This document shows positions 1-9,766 of a stretch of 64,000 bases of DNA, in pieces. How positions within the stretch are numbered: the first letter of the stretch is position 1; each line of letters begins with the position of its first letter. The notes under the pieces are model-generated. The model was not told the origin of the DNA. It ran no database searches and worked only from the letters and a program-made list of their open reading frames with translations. Source of the DNA: an uncultured Candidatus Pelagibacter sp. (GTDB lineage: Bacteria > Pseudomonadota > Alphaproteobacteria > Pelagibacterales > Pelagibacteraceae); contig CAJQSG010000006.1 of assembly GCA_905612525.1 (NCBI GenBank), positions 17,665-81,664 on the forward strand, read 5' to 3'. Position numbers and translations under genes: made by a program.

Positions 1-1334
1 AATTAGGTGATGGTGTGTTTGAAGTTAAGTCCACGAATGGTGATACATTTTTAGGTGGAGAAGATTTTGACAACACAATTGTTGATTATTTGATTGGTGA
101 ATTTAAAAAAGATAACGGTATTGATCTAAAGACAGATAAATTGGCTCTTCAAAGATTAAAGGAAGCAGCTGAAAAAGCAAAAATTGAACTTTCTTCTGCC
201 GAACAAACAGATATTAATTTACCATTTATAACAGCAGACAAAACGGGTCCAAAACATATTAATTTAAAAATGACTAGGGCAAAATTAGAAGCTTTGGTTG
301 AAGGCTTAATTTCAAGAACACTGCCTCCTTGTAAAACTGCACTTAAAGATGCGGGTCTTAGTGCAAATGAAATTGATGAAGTTGTATTGGTTGGTGGAAT
401 GACAAGAATGCCAAAGGTCTTAGCAGAGGTTAAAAACTTTTTTGGAAAAGAACCTAATAAAAGTGTAAACCCAGATGAGGTTGTTGCAATGGGTGCTGCA
501 ATTCAAGCTGGTGTACTTCAAGGAGATGTTAAAGATGTTCTTCTTTTAGACGTAACGCCTTTATCACTTGGAATTGAAACTTTGGGTGGAGTATCAACAA
601 AATTAATTGAAAAAAATACAACGATCCCAACCAAAAAAAGCCAAGTCTTTTCTACTGCGGATGATAATCAGCCCGCTGTGTCTATAAGAGTTCTTCAGGG
701 TGAAAGAGAAATGGCATCTGACAATAAAATGTTAGGGAATTTTGAATTAGTTGGTATAGCACCAGCTGCAAGAGGGGTGCCTCAAATTGAAGTAACTTTT
801 GATATCGATGCAAACGGAATTGTTAGTGTTTCTGCAAAAGACAAAGGAACTGGAAAAGAGCAAAAAATTCAGATTCAGGCTTCTGGTGGTTTAAGCGATG
901 AAGAAATTGAGAAAATGGTTAAAGATGCAGAAGCAAATAAAGATGAAGATAAAAAGAAAAGAGAGTCAGTGGACGCAAGAAATCAAGCTGATACTTTAAT
1001 TCATTCAACTGAAAAAAATCTAAAAGAACATGGTGTTAAAGTTTCAGATGCAGATAAGAAGGCAATAGAAGATGCTTCATCTGCCTTAAAAGAAGCAATA
1101 AAAGGAACTGATGTTGCGGATATTAAGAAAAAAACAGAAACTTTAGTTCAAGCTTCTATGAAATTAGGTGAGGCGATTTATAAATCACAAGAAAAAAAAC
1201 CTGACTCTTCTAAAGATAGTGATGAAAAAAAAGATGACAATATAGTTGATGCAGACTTTGAAGAAGTAAAAGAAGAAGATAAAGAAGAAGATAAAGAAAA
1301 AAACAAAGAAGAAGATAAAGAAAAAAGCGCTTAA
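1..1334 (+). CDS. dnaK: Molecular chaperone DnaK (Hsp70), 5'-truncated by window edge
   Basis: [33 protein letters not shown] motifs; frame is open upstream of the track's GTG at 15 (LGDGVFEV), so the real start lies outside the window. Confidence 0.99.
   Translation, partial: LGDGVFEVKSTNGDTFLGGEDFDNTIVDYLIGEFKKDNGIDLKTDKLALQRLKEAAEKAKIELSSAEQTDINLPFITADKTGPKHINLKMTRAKLEALVEGLISRTLPPCKTALKDAGLSANEIDEVVLVGGMTRMPKVLAEVKNFFGKEPNKSVNPDEVVAMGAAIQAGVLQGDVKDVLLLDVTPLSLGIETLGGVSTKLIEKNTTIPTKKSQVFSTADDNQPAVSIRVLQGEREMASDNKMLGNFELVGIAPAARGVPQIEVTFDIDANGIVSVSAKDKGTGKEQKIQIQASGGLSDEEIEKMVKDAEANKDEDKKKRESVDARNQADTLIHSTEKNLKEHGVKVSDADKKAIEDASSALKEAIKGTDVADIKKKTETLVQASMKLGEAIYKSQEKKPDSSKDSDEKKDDNIVDADFEEVKEEDKEEDKEKNKEEDKEKSA
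1269..1328 (+). repeat. Five imperfect 12-bp tandem units (AAAGAAGAAGAT-like) in the dnaK 3' end, encoding [20 protein letters not shown]
   Basis: Units read directly at 1269, 1281, 1293, 1305, 1317. Confidence 0.85.
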
Positions 1335-1366
1335 GACTTACAACAACTATCATCTTAAAGTAACTT

Positions 1367-2488
1367 ATGGCTAAAAGAGATTTTTACGACGTCTTAGGTG
1401 TTAGCAAGAATGCAAGCCCTGAAGAACTGAAATCTGCTTATAGAAAGCTAGCAGTAAAACATCACCCTGATAAAAATCCAGGCGATAAAACCTCTGAAGA
1501 TAAATTTAAAGAAGCTGGCGAGGCATATAGTATTCTTTCTGATCAAGAAAAAAAACAAAACTACGATAACTTTGGCCATGCTGCCTTTGAAGGTGGTGGT
1601 GGAAGACAAGGTGGTGGTTTCGGTGGGGCTGACTTTTCAGACATTTTTGAAGACTTTTTTGGTGACTTTGGTGGTGGTGGAAGATCAAGAAGTAGAAGAA
1701 GCTCTAATAATAAAGGCTCTGATTTAAGATATGATTTATCAATTACTCTTGAAGAAGCTTATAAAGGAAAAAAAGAAGATATAAAATTTTCAACAACAGA
1801 AAAGTGTAATACATGCAAAGGTAATGGGTCTAAACCAGGCTCTACTCCCGATAAATGCACAGTTTGTGGTGGAAATGGTAAGGTAAGGTCTAACCAAGGT
1901 TTTTTTACAGTTCAACAAACATGTCCTCAATGCCAAGGAACTGGTGAGGAAATTACGAATCCATGTACTGATTGTAACGGTCAGGGTAACAAGCAAGCTT
2001 CAAAAAAAATATCCGTAACAATACCGAAAGGTGTTGATGATGGAACAAGAATAAGACTAGCGGGCAAGGGTGAGGCTGGAACTAAAGGTGGCACTAACGG
2101 TGATTTGTACCTGTTTGTTAACGTCCACTCTCATGATCTCTTCAAAAGATCGGATGAAAACTTATTTTTTGAATTCCCAATATCTATAGCTGATGCTGCA
2201 TTAGGCACTACAATTGAGATACCAACAATTGACGGTGGAAGGGCTAAAATTAAAATACCAGATGGCACTCAAAGTGGAAAACAGTTTAGATTAAAGGGAA
2301 AAGGAATGCCCTATATACGTGGTAGTGGAAATGGTGATCTTTACGTTCAAGTGAACACAGAAGTTCCTATATCTTTAAATAAAGAACAAAAGGAATTGCT
2401 TGAAAAATTTAGAGAAATTGAGAATGAAAAATCAAATCCAAGTATTAAAAAATTCTTTCAAAAAGCTAAAAATTTCTGGAAAAACTAA
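1367..2488 (+). CDS. dnaJ: Chaperone DnaJ
   Basis: J domain with HPD, G/F-rich linker, four CxxCxGxG repeats; follows dnaK. Confidence 0.99.
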   Translation: MAKRDFYDVLGVSKNASPEELKSAYRKLAVKHHPDKNPGDKTSEDKFKEAGEAYSILSDQEKKQNYDNFGHAAFEGGGGRQGGGFGGADFSDIFEDFFGDFGGGGRSRSRRSSNNKGSDLRYDLSITLEEAYKGKKEDIKFSTTEKCNTCKGNGSKPGSTPDKCTVCGGNGKVRSNQGFFTVQQTCPQCQGTGEEITNPCTDCNGQGNKQASKKISVTIPKGVDDGTRIRLAGKGEAGTKGGTNGDLYLFVNVHSHDLFKRSDENLFFEFPISIADAALGTTIEIPTIDGGRAKIKIPDGTQSGKQFRLKGKGMPYIRGSGNGDLYVQVNTEVPISLNKEQKELLEKFREIENEKSNPSIKKFFQKAKNFWKN

Positions 2489-2525
2489 AAGACTAATTAA
2501 ACAAAAAAGGTTAATATTTTCTTAA

Positions 2526-3302
2526 ATGAAAAAAATTAACTTAGCAATCACTGGCTGTCTTGGAAGAATGGGGCAACAGCTTATTAAATCTTCTGAATCT
2601 AATAAAAATTTTAAACTAGTGGCTCTTACAGAAAACAATATAATTAATAAAAAAATAGCTGGCATTAAAATTGACTTAAATACTGAACACGCTTTTAATA
2701 AGGCTGATATAATAATTGACTTTACAGTACCAAGGTGCACTCTTGAAATTCTTAAAATTGCATCCAAATTAAAAAAGAGAGTCGTAATTGGAACAACTGG
2801 TTTTACCCAAAAAGAAGAAGATTTAATTAAAAAATATTCGAAAAAAATTCCCATATTGAAAGCTGGTAATATGAGCTTAGGAATTAATTTATTAATGTAT
2901 TTAACAGAAGTCGCTTCTAAATCTTTAAATGACAGCTATTTAAGTAAAATATTTGAGATTCATCATAAGCACAAAAAAGATCACCCCTCGGGAACTGCTT
3001 TAATGCTTGGAAAAGGAATTGCAGATGGGAAAAATAAAAACTTTTATAACTTAATTGGTAGAAAATTTTTAAATAAAAAAAAATTTCCTTATGGAAAAAA
3101 AATTAATTTCAATTCAATTAGAAGGGGTGAAATTATTGGGGAGCATGAGGTGACTTTTTCAAGTGGTAAAGAAATAATTAGATTAAATCATGAGGCTTTT
3201 GATAGAGCCCTATATTCAGATGGTGCTTTGACAGCAGCGAAATGGCTTGAGGGTAAGAAACCTGGACTTTATTCAATGAGAGATTTATTAAATTTTAAAT
3301 AA
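2526..3302 (+). CDS. dapB: 4-hydroxy-tetrahydrodipicolinate reductase
   Basis: GCLGRMG, IDFT, GTTG, EIHHKHKKDHPSGTAL motifs. Confidence 0.97.
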   Translation: MKKINLAITGCLGRMGQQLIKSSESNKNFKLVALTENNIINKKIAGIKIDLNTEHAFNKADIIIDFTVPRCTLEILKIASKLKKRVVIGTTGFTQKEEDLIKKYSKKIPILKAGNMSLGINLLMYLTEVASKSLNDSYLSKIFEIHHKHKKDHPSGTALMLGKGIADGKNKNFYNLIGRKFLNKKKFPYGKKINFNSIRRGEIIGEHEVTFSSGKEIIRLNHEAFDRALYSDGALTAAKWLEGKKPGLYSMRDLLNFK

Positions 3303-3955
3303 TGAATGAAAAAGATAAATCAAAAAAAATATTAAAAATTTTAAATACAATTTATCCAACAGCCCCTATTCCTCTAAATCATACAAGCAAGTTTACTCTT
3401 TTAATGTCTGTTCTTTTGTCAGCACAATGTACAGATCTAAATGTTAACAACGTCACAAAGGATATATATCCAAAATACAATAAACCTGAGCACTTTATAA
3501 AATTAGGAAGAAAAAAAATTGAAAAATTAATAAATCGTATAGGGATTTTTAGAGTTAAAGCTAAGAGCATTTATTTAATGTCAAAACAGCTGCTAGATAA
3601 ACATGGTGGTAAAGTGCCCAAAACCTTTGAAGAGTTAGAAAAACTACCTGGTGTAGGCCATAAAACAGCAAGTGTAGTAATGTCACAAGGCTTTGGCATA
3701 CCTGCATTTGCCGTCGATACCCATATACATAGACTAGCTCAAAGATGGGGGCTAACAAATGGCAAAAATGTTATCCAAACTGAAAAAGATTTAAAAAGAA
3801 TATTTCCTGAAAAAACTTGGAATAAACTTCATCTACAAATAATTTATTATGGAAGAGAATTCTGCCGAGCAAGAGAGTGCTATGGTTTGACTTGTAAAAT
3901 TTGCACTACTTGTTATCCTAAACGTAAAAATCCATTTAAAATTATAAAGGCTTAA
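3302..3955 (+). CDS. nth: Endonuclease III (HhH-GPD DNA glycosylase/AP lyase)
   Basis: LLSAQCTD, LPGVGHKTA HhH motif, VDTH, C-terminal Cys cluster. Confidence 0.96.
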   Translation: MNEKDKSKKILKILNTIYPTAPIPLNHTSKFTLLMSVLLSAQCTDLNVNNVTKDIYPKYNKPEHFIKLGRKKIEKLINRIGIFRVKAKSIYLMSKQLLDKHGGKVPKTFEELEKLPGVGHKTASVVMSQGFGIPAFAVDTHIHRLAQRWGLTNGKNVIQTEKDLKRIFPEKTWNKLHLQIIYYGREFCRARECYGLTCKICTTCYPKRKNPFKIIKA

Positions 3956-3956
3956 T

Positions 3957-4886
3957 ATGAAAATTTTAGGAATCGGAAACGCAATTGTCGACGTTATCTG
4001 TAAAATTAAGGATAACTTTTTATCAGAAAATGACCTTACAAAAAGTACAATGAAATTAGTTGATGAGGTTGAGTTTAAAAAAGTTCTCTCCAATTTAAAA
4101 ATTGAACAAACAATAGCTGGGGGGTCGGTTGCAAATTCTATAGTTGGATTATCACAACTAGGTAATAATGTTTCTTTCATTGGTAAAGTCAATAAAGACA
4201 ATTTAGGTGAAAAATATGAGCAAAGCCTAACTAAGGAAAATGTTAAATATTTTTATAGCAAGAAGGAAGAGTCTATCCCAACCGGAACTTGTCTTATTTT
4301 AATTACACCTGACTCTGAAAGAACAATGGTTACATTCTTGGGTATCGCAGGAAAAATTAACGAAAAAGATATTGATGAAAAGGCTATTAAAGAAAGTGAA
4401 ATGATATTTCTAGAAGGATATTTGTGGGATGAAGGAGAACCTAAATCAGCATTTAATAAAGCAATGCTGTATGCTAATAAAACTGCGATGACTTTATCAG
4501 ATCAATTTTGTGTTGAGAGGCATAAAGACAGTTTTTTGGACCTAGTCAAAAATAGAATAGATATTACTTTTACAAATGAACAGGAAATAAAATCTTTGAT
4601 AAGTACAACAAGTTTTGATGAGGTTATTGCGTTTGGAAAACAATTAGAAAAATCTTTAATTGTTACTCGTGGAGAACTAGGAAGTGTAGCTATTATTGGT
4701 GATGAGGTTATTGAATGTAATAGTAAAAAGAATTTAAAAATACTTGATTTAACTGGTGCGGGAGATTTATTTGCAGCTGGGTTTCTTCATGGACATATAA
4801 ATAATTTTTCTATTAAAGAGTGTTTAGAAAAAGGAACTGAAATGTCCTCTAAGATAATTCAAAAAATAGGAGCCAGACTAAATTAG
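3957..4886 (+). CDS. PfkB-family carbohydrate/adenosine kinase
   Basis: GNAIVD, GGSVANS, DLTGAGDLFAAGFL PfkB signature. Confidence 0.93.
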   Translation: MKILGIGNAIVDVICKIKDNFLSENDLTKSTMKLVDEVEFKKVLSNLKIEQTIAGGSVANSIVGLSQLGNNVSFIGKVNKDNLGEKYEQSLTKENVKYFYSKKEESIPTGTCLILITPDSERTMVTFLGIAGKINEKDIDEKAIKESEMIFLEGYLWDEGEPKSAFNKAMLYANKTAMTLSDQFCVERHKDSFLDLVKNRIDITFTNEQEIKSLISTTSFDEVIAFGKQLEKSLIVTRGELGSVAIIGDEVIECNSKKNLKILDLTGAGDLFAAGFLHGHINNFSIKECLEKGTEMSSKIIQKIGARLN

Positions 4887-4894
4887 TCACAAAT

Positions 4895-5488
4895 TCAGTC
4901 AATAAAATAGCCTTTTTTGTGACTTAAAATCAAACTTTTGTCATTGAATTTGTCGCTTATTTTTTTTCTAAGTCTATAAATATGTGTTTCAACTGTATGT
5001 GTTTCCATATCAGGTGAGTAACTCCAAATATTTTTCTGCAATTCTTGAACATTATGTTTTAGTTTATTTTTTTTTAAATATATAATTATTTCTATCTCTT
5101 TTTCGGTCAATTTTAGAAAGACATCATCCTTAGAAAGAAATTTAGAGTTTAAATTGAGATCGTAACCTTTAATATTAACTTTGGACTGATAATTATATTT
5201 TAATTTGATTAACTGAATATTAATTAATTCAATAAATTTATTTAGAGATAAAGGAAAGTTTTTTACATTTAGAAAATTTTTTTCACTTAAATTTTCATTT
5301 AGTAAAAGTTCTTGATTAAATTTACCAATTATTAAAGAATTATTTATATCTACATGATTAGCTGTAATAAATGTTTCTTCATTTTCATATTTTGTAATTT
5401 CAAAAGTTAAATTTTCTTTAATCTCTTCCAAGATTTCATATAATGAATTAAAATTAATAATAAAAATATTTTGTTTAATCATTTTCAA
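4895..5488 (-). CDS. OmpR/PhoB-type winged-helix transcription regulator with degenerate receiver domain
   Basis: C-terminal LTEKE...W...THTVETHIYRLRKK...GY; N-terminal half lacks clear phospho-acceptor motifs. Confidence 0.85.
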   Translation of the reverse strand: MKMIKQNIFIINFNSLYEILEEIKENLTFEITKYENEETFITANHVDINNSLIIGKFNQELLLNENLSEKNFLNVKNFPLSLNKFIELINIQLIKLKYNYQSKVNIKGYDLNLNSKFLSKDDVFLKLTEKEIEIIIYLKKNKLKHNVQELQKNIWSYSPDMETHTVETHIYRLRKKISDKFNDKSLILSHKKGYFID

Positions 5489-5496
5489 TAAAAACC

Positions 5497-5985
5497 ATGA
5501 TAATTCATGTTAAAAATAAAAACACCCTTATAATTGATGATTTTCATTTCACATGTTGTATTGGAAAAAATGGAGTAAATTCAAATAAAAAAGAGGGTGA
5601 TTTTTCAACTCCAAAAGGACTTTTTAAGTTAAAAAAATTATATTTTAGAAGAGATAGGGTAATGCTCCCAAAATCTCAAATTGACAAAAAAATTATTACA
5701 AAGAACATGGGTTGGTGTGACGATCCAAAACATAAAAAATATAATGAGGAAATTCAAGTATTTGACAAAAACAACAGAGAAAATTTTTATAGAGAAGATC
5801 ATATTTACGACTATTTATTAACAATAAGCCACAATGAAAAAAAAATACCCTACAATGGAAGTGCTATCTTTATACATCTAACTGACAATTATAAACCAAC
5901 GGCTGGATGTATTGCTCTAAAAAAAAAAGATTTTGAAATATTGTTAAAACTAGTCAATCAAAAAACTAAAATAAGAATTAGCTAA
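5497..5985 (+). CDS. L,D-transpeptidase (YkuD-like) family protein
   Basis: KKEGDFSTPKG and GSAIFIH...TAGCIAL catalytic His/Cys motif. Confidence 0.88.
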   Translation: MIIHVKNKNTLIIDDFHFTCCIGKNGVNSNKKEGDFSTPKGLFKLKKLYFRRDRVMLPKSQIDKKIITKNMGWCDDPKHKKYNEEIQVFDKNNRENFYREDHIYDYLLTISHNEKKIPYNGSAIFIHLTDNYKPTAGCIALKKKDFEILLKLVNQKTKIRIS

Positions 5986-6638
5986 TCTCGCTCTCCAAAA
6001 ATTTTCGACCCAATCCTCAAAAAAGTAGAATGATTCCCTACACCCTCAAGATAATCTTGAGACATCCCCATGCTTAACTCTTTTAAGTTTAGAAGTTTTG
6101 ATAAATTATACACTTGTAAAAAATATTTTGAAGAATTATCATTATAAGGTGGTAAACACATTAAACCAATAATATTTAAGCCTAAATTTATTTTACATTC
6201 ATTATAAAAATCTTCTACATGTTCAGACAAAATTCCATTTTTTTGTTTTTCTCTACCCACGTTTACTTGAATGAATATTTTTAAATTTTTATTTTTTTTT
6301 GTTTGCTCAATCGAAATCTTTTCAGCTAATTTTATGTTGTCCAGCGTATGAATATAATCAAACAGTGGAATTACATATTTTACTTTATTAGTTTGTAACT
6401 TACCAATCATATGTAGCTTAATATGATCAAATTCTTGTTTAATATTTGTCCATTTAGAGATTGCTTCTTGAACTTTATTTTCTCCAAAATTCGTATGACC
6501 ATGATTAATTAATGGCAAAATTTCATCCATTGGAAAAGTTTTGCTTACTGCAATAATCTTGGGTTTTTTTTCAGAATCTGTTATTTTTTCCTGTATTTTT
6601 TTTTCTATTCTTATTAAATTATCAATACAATGACTCAT
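5982..6638 (-). CDS. yggS: Pyridoxal phosphate homeostasis protein YggS
   Basis: IAVSKT, FGENKVQE, HMIGKLQTNK, LSMGMSQDY, RIGSKIFG. Confidence 0.96.
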   Translation of the reverse strand: MSHCIDNLIRIEKKIQEKITDSEKKPKIIAVSKTFPMDEILPLINHGHTNFGENKVQEAISKWTNIKQEFDHIKLHMIGKLQTNKVKYVIPLFDYIHTLDNIKLAEKISIEQTKKNKNLKIFIQVNVGREKQKNGILSEHVEDFYNECKINLGLNIIGLMCLPPYNDNSSKYFLQVYNLSKLLNLKELSMGMSQDYLEGVGNHSTFLRIGSKIFGERD

Positions 6639-7169
6639 AAATTAAATTTTTATTTTATTAAACATTTAGATACAAACCTTATCAAAAAACTACCTAAAAA
6701 TATTGCAATAATTTATAGAGACTACAGTCAAAAGTACGACGAGGAAAAAATTCTTAAAATAAAAAAATTCTGTACTCTTGATAGAAGGAAGTTTTTTTTA
6801 GCTAATGACTTAGCATTAGTAAAAAAATTGAATTTAGATGGAGCTTACATACCATCATTCAACAAGGATATTGCTGTTGTGGGGCTTAAATTGAAAAATA
6901 TACTTATACTTGGCTCCGCACACAATATTAAGGAAATTAACCAAAAGAAAAGACAAAAAGTAGACTATCTGTTCATTTCTCCAGTTTTTAAAAAGACCAG
7001 AAAAAATAATTCTCTAGGTCTAATAAAATTCTGTATTCTATCAAAAAAATTTAATAATAAAGTTATTGCACTTGGTGGGATAAGTAAAAATAATACAAAT
7101 AAAATTAATAATTTAAAAGACTTTGGATTTGCTTCAATTTCTTATATTAAAAATGATATGATAATTTAA
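6630..7169 (+). CDS. Thiamine phosphate synthase (ThiE/TenI)-like protein
   Basis: GSAHN, YLFISPVF, IALGGI motifs of the TMP-TENI barrel; divergent. Confidence 0.75.
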   Translation: MTHKLNFYFIKHLDTNLIKKLPKNIAIIYRDYSQKYDEEKILKIKKFCTLDRRKFFLANDLALVKKLNLDGAYIPSFNKDIAVVGLKLKNILILGSAHNIKEINQKKRQKVDYLFISPVFKKTRKNNSLGLIKFCILSKKFNNKVIALGGISKNNTNKINNLKDFGFASISYIKNDMII

Positions 7170-8729
7170 ATGTCAAAAATAATCTTAAAGCAAAAAATCG
7201 AAAAATTAGTAAATTACTTTCATGCTGGACGTTATACGTTTGTAATTCGTGAATCAAAATTATTATTAAAAAAATTACCAGAAAATCTTTTTTTATTTAA
7301 TTTAATTGCCTCATGCCATCAATATTTGAATGAACTAGAAGCTGCTAAAAAGATTTTTATTTATATATTGCAATTAGATCCAAAAAACTTATCTGCTTGT
7401 AACAATTTGGGGAATGTTTACAAAAATTTAAAAAAATTTAAACTAGCTGAAGAAAGTTATAAAAGAGCTCTTCAACTCAACCCTAATTATATTAATACTA
7501 TAGTAAATTATGGTAATCTAAAATATGAATTAAATGATCACAATGGAGCGATTATTCTTTTTAACCAGGCATTAGATTTAAACACTGAGACTCCAATAGC
7601 ACATTATAATCTAGGCTTAGTATTTCAGAGTCTAGGAGAATTTGATAAAGCCAAGTATCATTTGCAAGCACTCTTAAAAATAAATCCTAAAGCGACAATG
7701 GCTGATAAAATTTTGAGTAGAATTACAAAATATAAAAATGGGGATTCACATATTCATGAAATGAAGGATAAATTAGATAAAATTTCTTTAACTGAAAAAG
7801 AAAAGATTGACATTTTTTTTGCATTGGGAAAGGCTTATGAAGATTTAAATGATTATGAAAAATCATTTTATTATTTGAAGAAAGGAAATCAAACAAAAAA
7901 AAAATTATTAAATTATAATATCACTAGTGATTTAGGCATTTTTAATGTTTTAAAAAAATTTTTTACTAATTATAATTTTAAGAAAACTAAATTAGTAACA
8001 AGCAAAAAAAAAATATTATTTATTGTCGGTATGCCAAGATCAGGAACGAGTTTAGTGGAACAAATTCTTTCTTCTCATTCATGTGTTTATGGTGCTGGTG
8101 AGCTTCCTTACCTTACTGATATTATTCAAAATGAGTTTTATAAGGATAATGCTTTAAATTTAAATAAACTTCTCGAATTAAATAACGAAAAAAAACTTCA
8201 GAATATTGCTGATCGCTATGCTTCCTTAACTAACAATTACAACTATAGCGAAATGTTAATTACGGACAAGGCACCACTTAATTTTTTATGGCTAGGTTTA
8301 ATTAAATTAATATTTCCTAGTTCGAAAATAATCCACTGTACTAGATCGCCAAAAGATAACTGTATGTCTCTCTATAAAAATGTTTTTGATGATAACTTAA
8401 GTTGGACTTATGACGAGCTTGATCTGCTAAAGTTTTACCAAGAATATCGAGCTTTAATGAGTTTTTGGAACCAAAGCATCCCTAATTTTATTTACGATGT
8501 AAATTATGAAAAACTGATTTCCAATACAAGTGATGAAGTTAAAAATCTTATAAATTTTTGTGATCTAGATTGGGAGCAAGACTGCCTTGATTTTCACAAT
8601 AACAAAAGACCCATCAAGACTGTAAGTTCTGCTCAAGCTAGGCAATCTATCTATAATTCTTCTGTTAATTCTAGTAGAAATTATGAGAAATTTTTGCCTA
8701 ATCTTTTTTCTTCACTAGATTCTTTATAA
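7170..8729 (+). CDS. TPR-repeat-containing sulfotransferase family protein
   Basis: N-terminal TPRs (NNLGNVY, AHYNLGLV); FIVGMPRSGTSLVEQIL PAPS-binding loop; DKAPLNF. Confidence 0.92.
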   Translation: MSKIILKQKIEKLVNYFHAGRYTFVIRESKLLLKKLPENLFLFNLIASCHQYLNELEAAKKIFIYILQLDPKNLSACNNLGNVYKNLKKFKLAEESYKRALQLNPNYINTIVNYGNLKYELNDHNGAIILFNQALDLNTETPIAHYNLGLVFQSLGEFDKAKYHLQALLKINPKATMADKILSRITKYKNGDSHIHEMKDKLDKISLTEKEKIDIFFALGKAYEDLNDYEKSFYYLKKGNQTKKKLLNYNITSDLGIFNVLKKFFTNYNFKKTKLVTSKKKILFIVGMPRSGTSLVEQILSSHSCVYGAGELPYLTDIIQNEFYKDNALNLNKLLELNNEKKLQNIADRYASLTNNYNYSEMLITDKAPLNFLWLGLIKLIFPSSKIIHCTRSPKDNCMSLYKNVFDDNLSWTYDELDLLKFYQEYRALMSFWNQSIPNFIYDVNYEKLISNTSDEVKNLINFCDLDWEQDCLDFHNNKRPIKTVSSAQARQSIYNSSVNSSRNYEKFLPNLFSSLDSL

Positions 8730-8762
8730 AAAAAAACGGCCTCTAAAAAGAGGCCGCTTTTT
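8728..8762. terminator. Bidirectional Rho-independent terminator between convergent sulfotransferase and porin genes
   Basis: CGGCCTCT-AAAA-AGAGGCCG stem (8737-8756) with an A-run on the left and a T-run on the right. Confidence 0.88.
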
Positions 8763-8782
8763 GAATTAAATTTGAATTAAAT

Positions 8783-9766
8783 TTAGAATGATAATACTAA
8801 ACTTAGTTCCATAAATTCAGCATTAGCACCAGCGAGACCATCGATGTCTCCACCGTCACCTATGTGAGCTCTAATTGAAGCTGCACCAACTGTGTAAGAT
8901 GCACTTATTGCATCAACTGTTTCAGTTACATCAACTCCGCTAGATTTGTCAAACTCAGTTTCTTGAGTTCCTACAGATACTGCAAAGTTATCGTTTATGT
9001 TAAACGCAATTGATGCAGCTTGTATATTTTCCCCAGCTGTTCCAGCAGTTCCACTTTGTGCTTCACCAATTCTAATACCACCCGACACGTTTCCTTGTGT
9101 ATAAATTACGTGAGTATTTTCGTAAGTGTCATCGTTTGCACCAGCAGCTGTATAGCTAGTTGTAGATCTACCATGTTTCAATACTAAACCTTCATAACCA
9201 GGTATAGCGTAAGATACGTGCCAGTCTTTAGTATCACCTGCTGAACTTTCTGTTCCAGCAGATCCGTCGCTAGATGCAGCAGTTCCACCTTTAGAATAAG
9301 CTAAAGATAAATCAACACCCATCATTGAGTTTGAATATCCTAGAGTATCGTTAGATGCAGCACCAGACATTCCAGCACCAGAAATTCCTGTCCACATTTC
9401 TTCGTAAGCAGTAGGTAAAACGTCATCATTTGGTGCTAGTCCTTCAAGCGCACCACCAATAGCATCAAAAGATACTTTTCCCATATCTCCCATGTCCATT
9501 GTTTGGTAAGCTGATAAGAATGCTGATCCTAGTCCGTCATTAATTGTTCTAACGATTGTTACGTCAGCCCAACCAACATTTCCTGATCCACTAAATTTTA
9601 TAGAAGTGTTTGAACCCATAGGGTTACCAGATGCTCCAGCAGTACCTGATGAAGTAGTGTATGTAACTTCAGATGTTCCTGAAACAGACATTTCTACTGC
9701 AGACGCTGAAAAAGCTACTAAAGATCCAGCTAAAGCGCTAAGTCCTATTTTCTTTAAGTTTTTCAT
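8783..9766 (-). CDS. Outer-membrane porin
   Basis: Signal peptide (MKNLKKIGLSALAGSLVAFSASA), Gly/Ser/Ala-rich beta-strand pattern, terminal Phe (LSLVLSF), GGAG SD, higher GC than neighbours. Confidence 0.85.
   Translation of the reverse strand: MKNLKKIGLSALAGSLVAFSASAVEMSVSGTSEVTYTTSSGTAGASGNPMGSNTSIKFSGSGNVGWADVTIVRTINDGLGSAFLSAYQTMDMGDMGKVSFDAIGGALEGLAPNDDVLPTAYEEMWTGISGAGMSGAASNDTLGYSNSMMGVDLSLAYSKGGTAASSDGSAGTESSAGDTKDWHVSYAIPGYEGLVLKHGRSTTSYTAAGANDDTYENTHVIYTQGNVSGGIRIGEAQSGTAGTAGENIQAASIAFNINDNFAVSVGTQETEFDKSSGVDVTETVDAISASYTVGAASIRAHIGDGGDIDGLAGANAEFMELSLVLSF

Noticed and set aside
2510-2525. GTTAA-N7-TTAA, a CtrA-box match just upstream of dapB
   Set aside because: An almost all-A/T motif is expected by chance in this genome, and nothing in the window shows that CtrA is present
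8783-9766. Higher GC of the porin (and of actP, 45360-47174) as a sign of horizontal transfer
   Set aside because: Explained by Gly/Ala/Ser-rich composition and highly expressed codon usage; third codon positions stay A/T-rich
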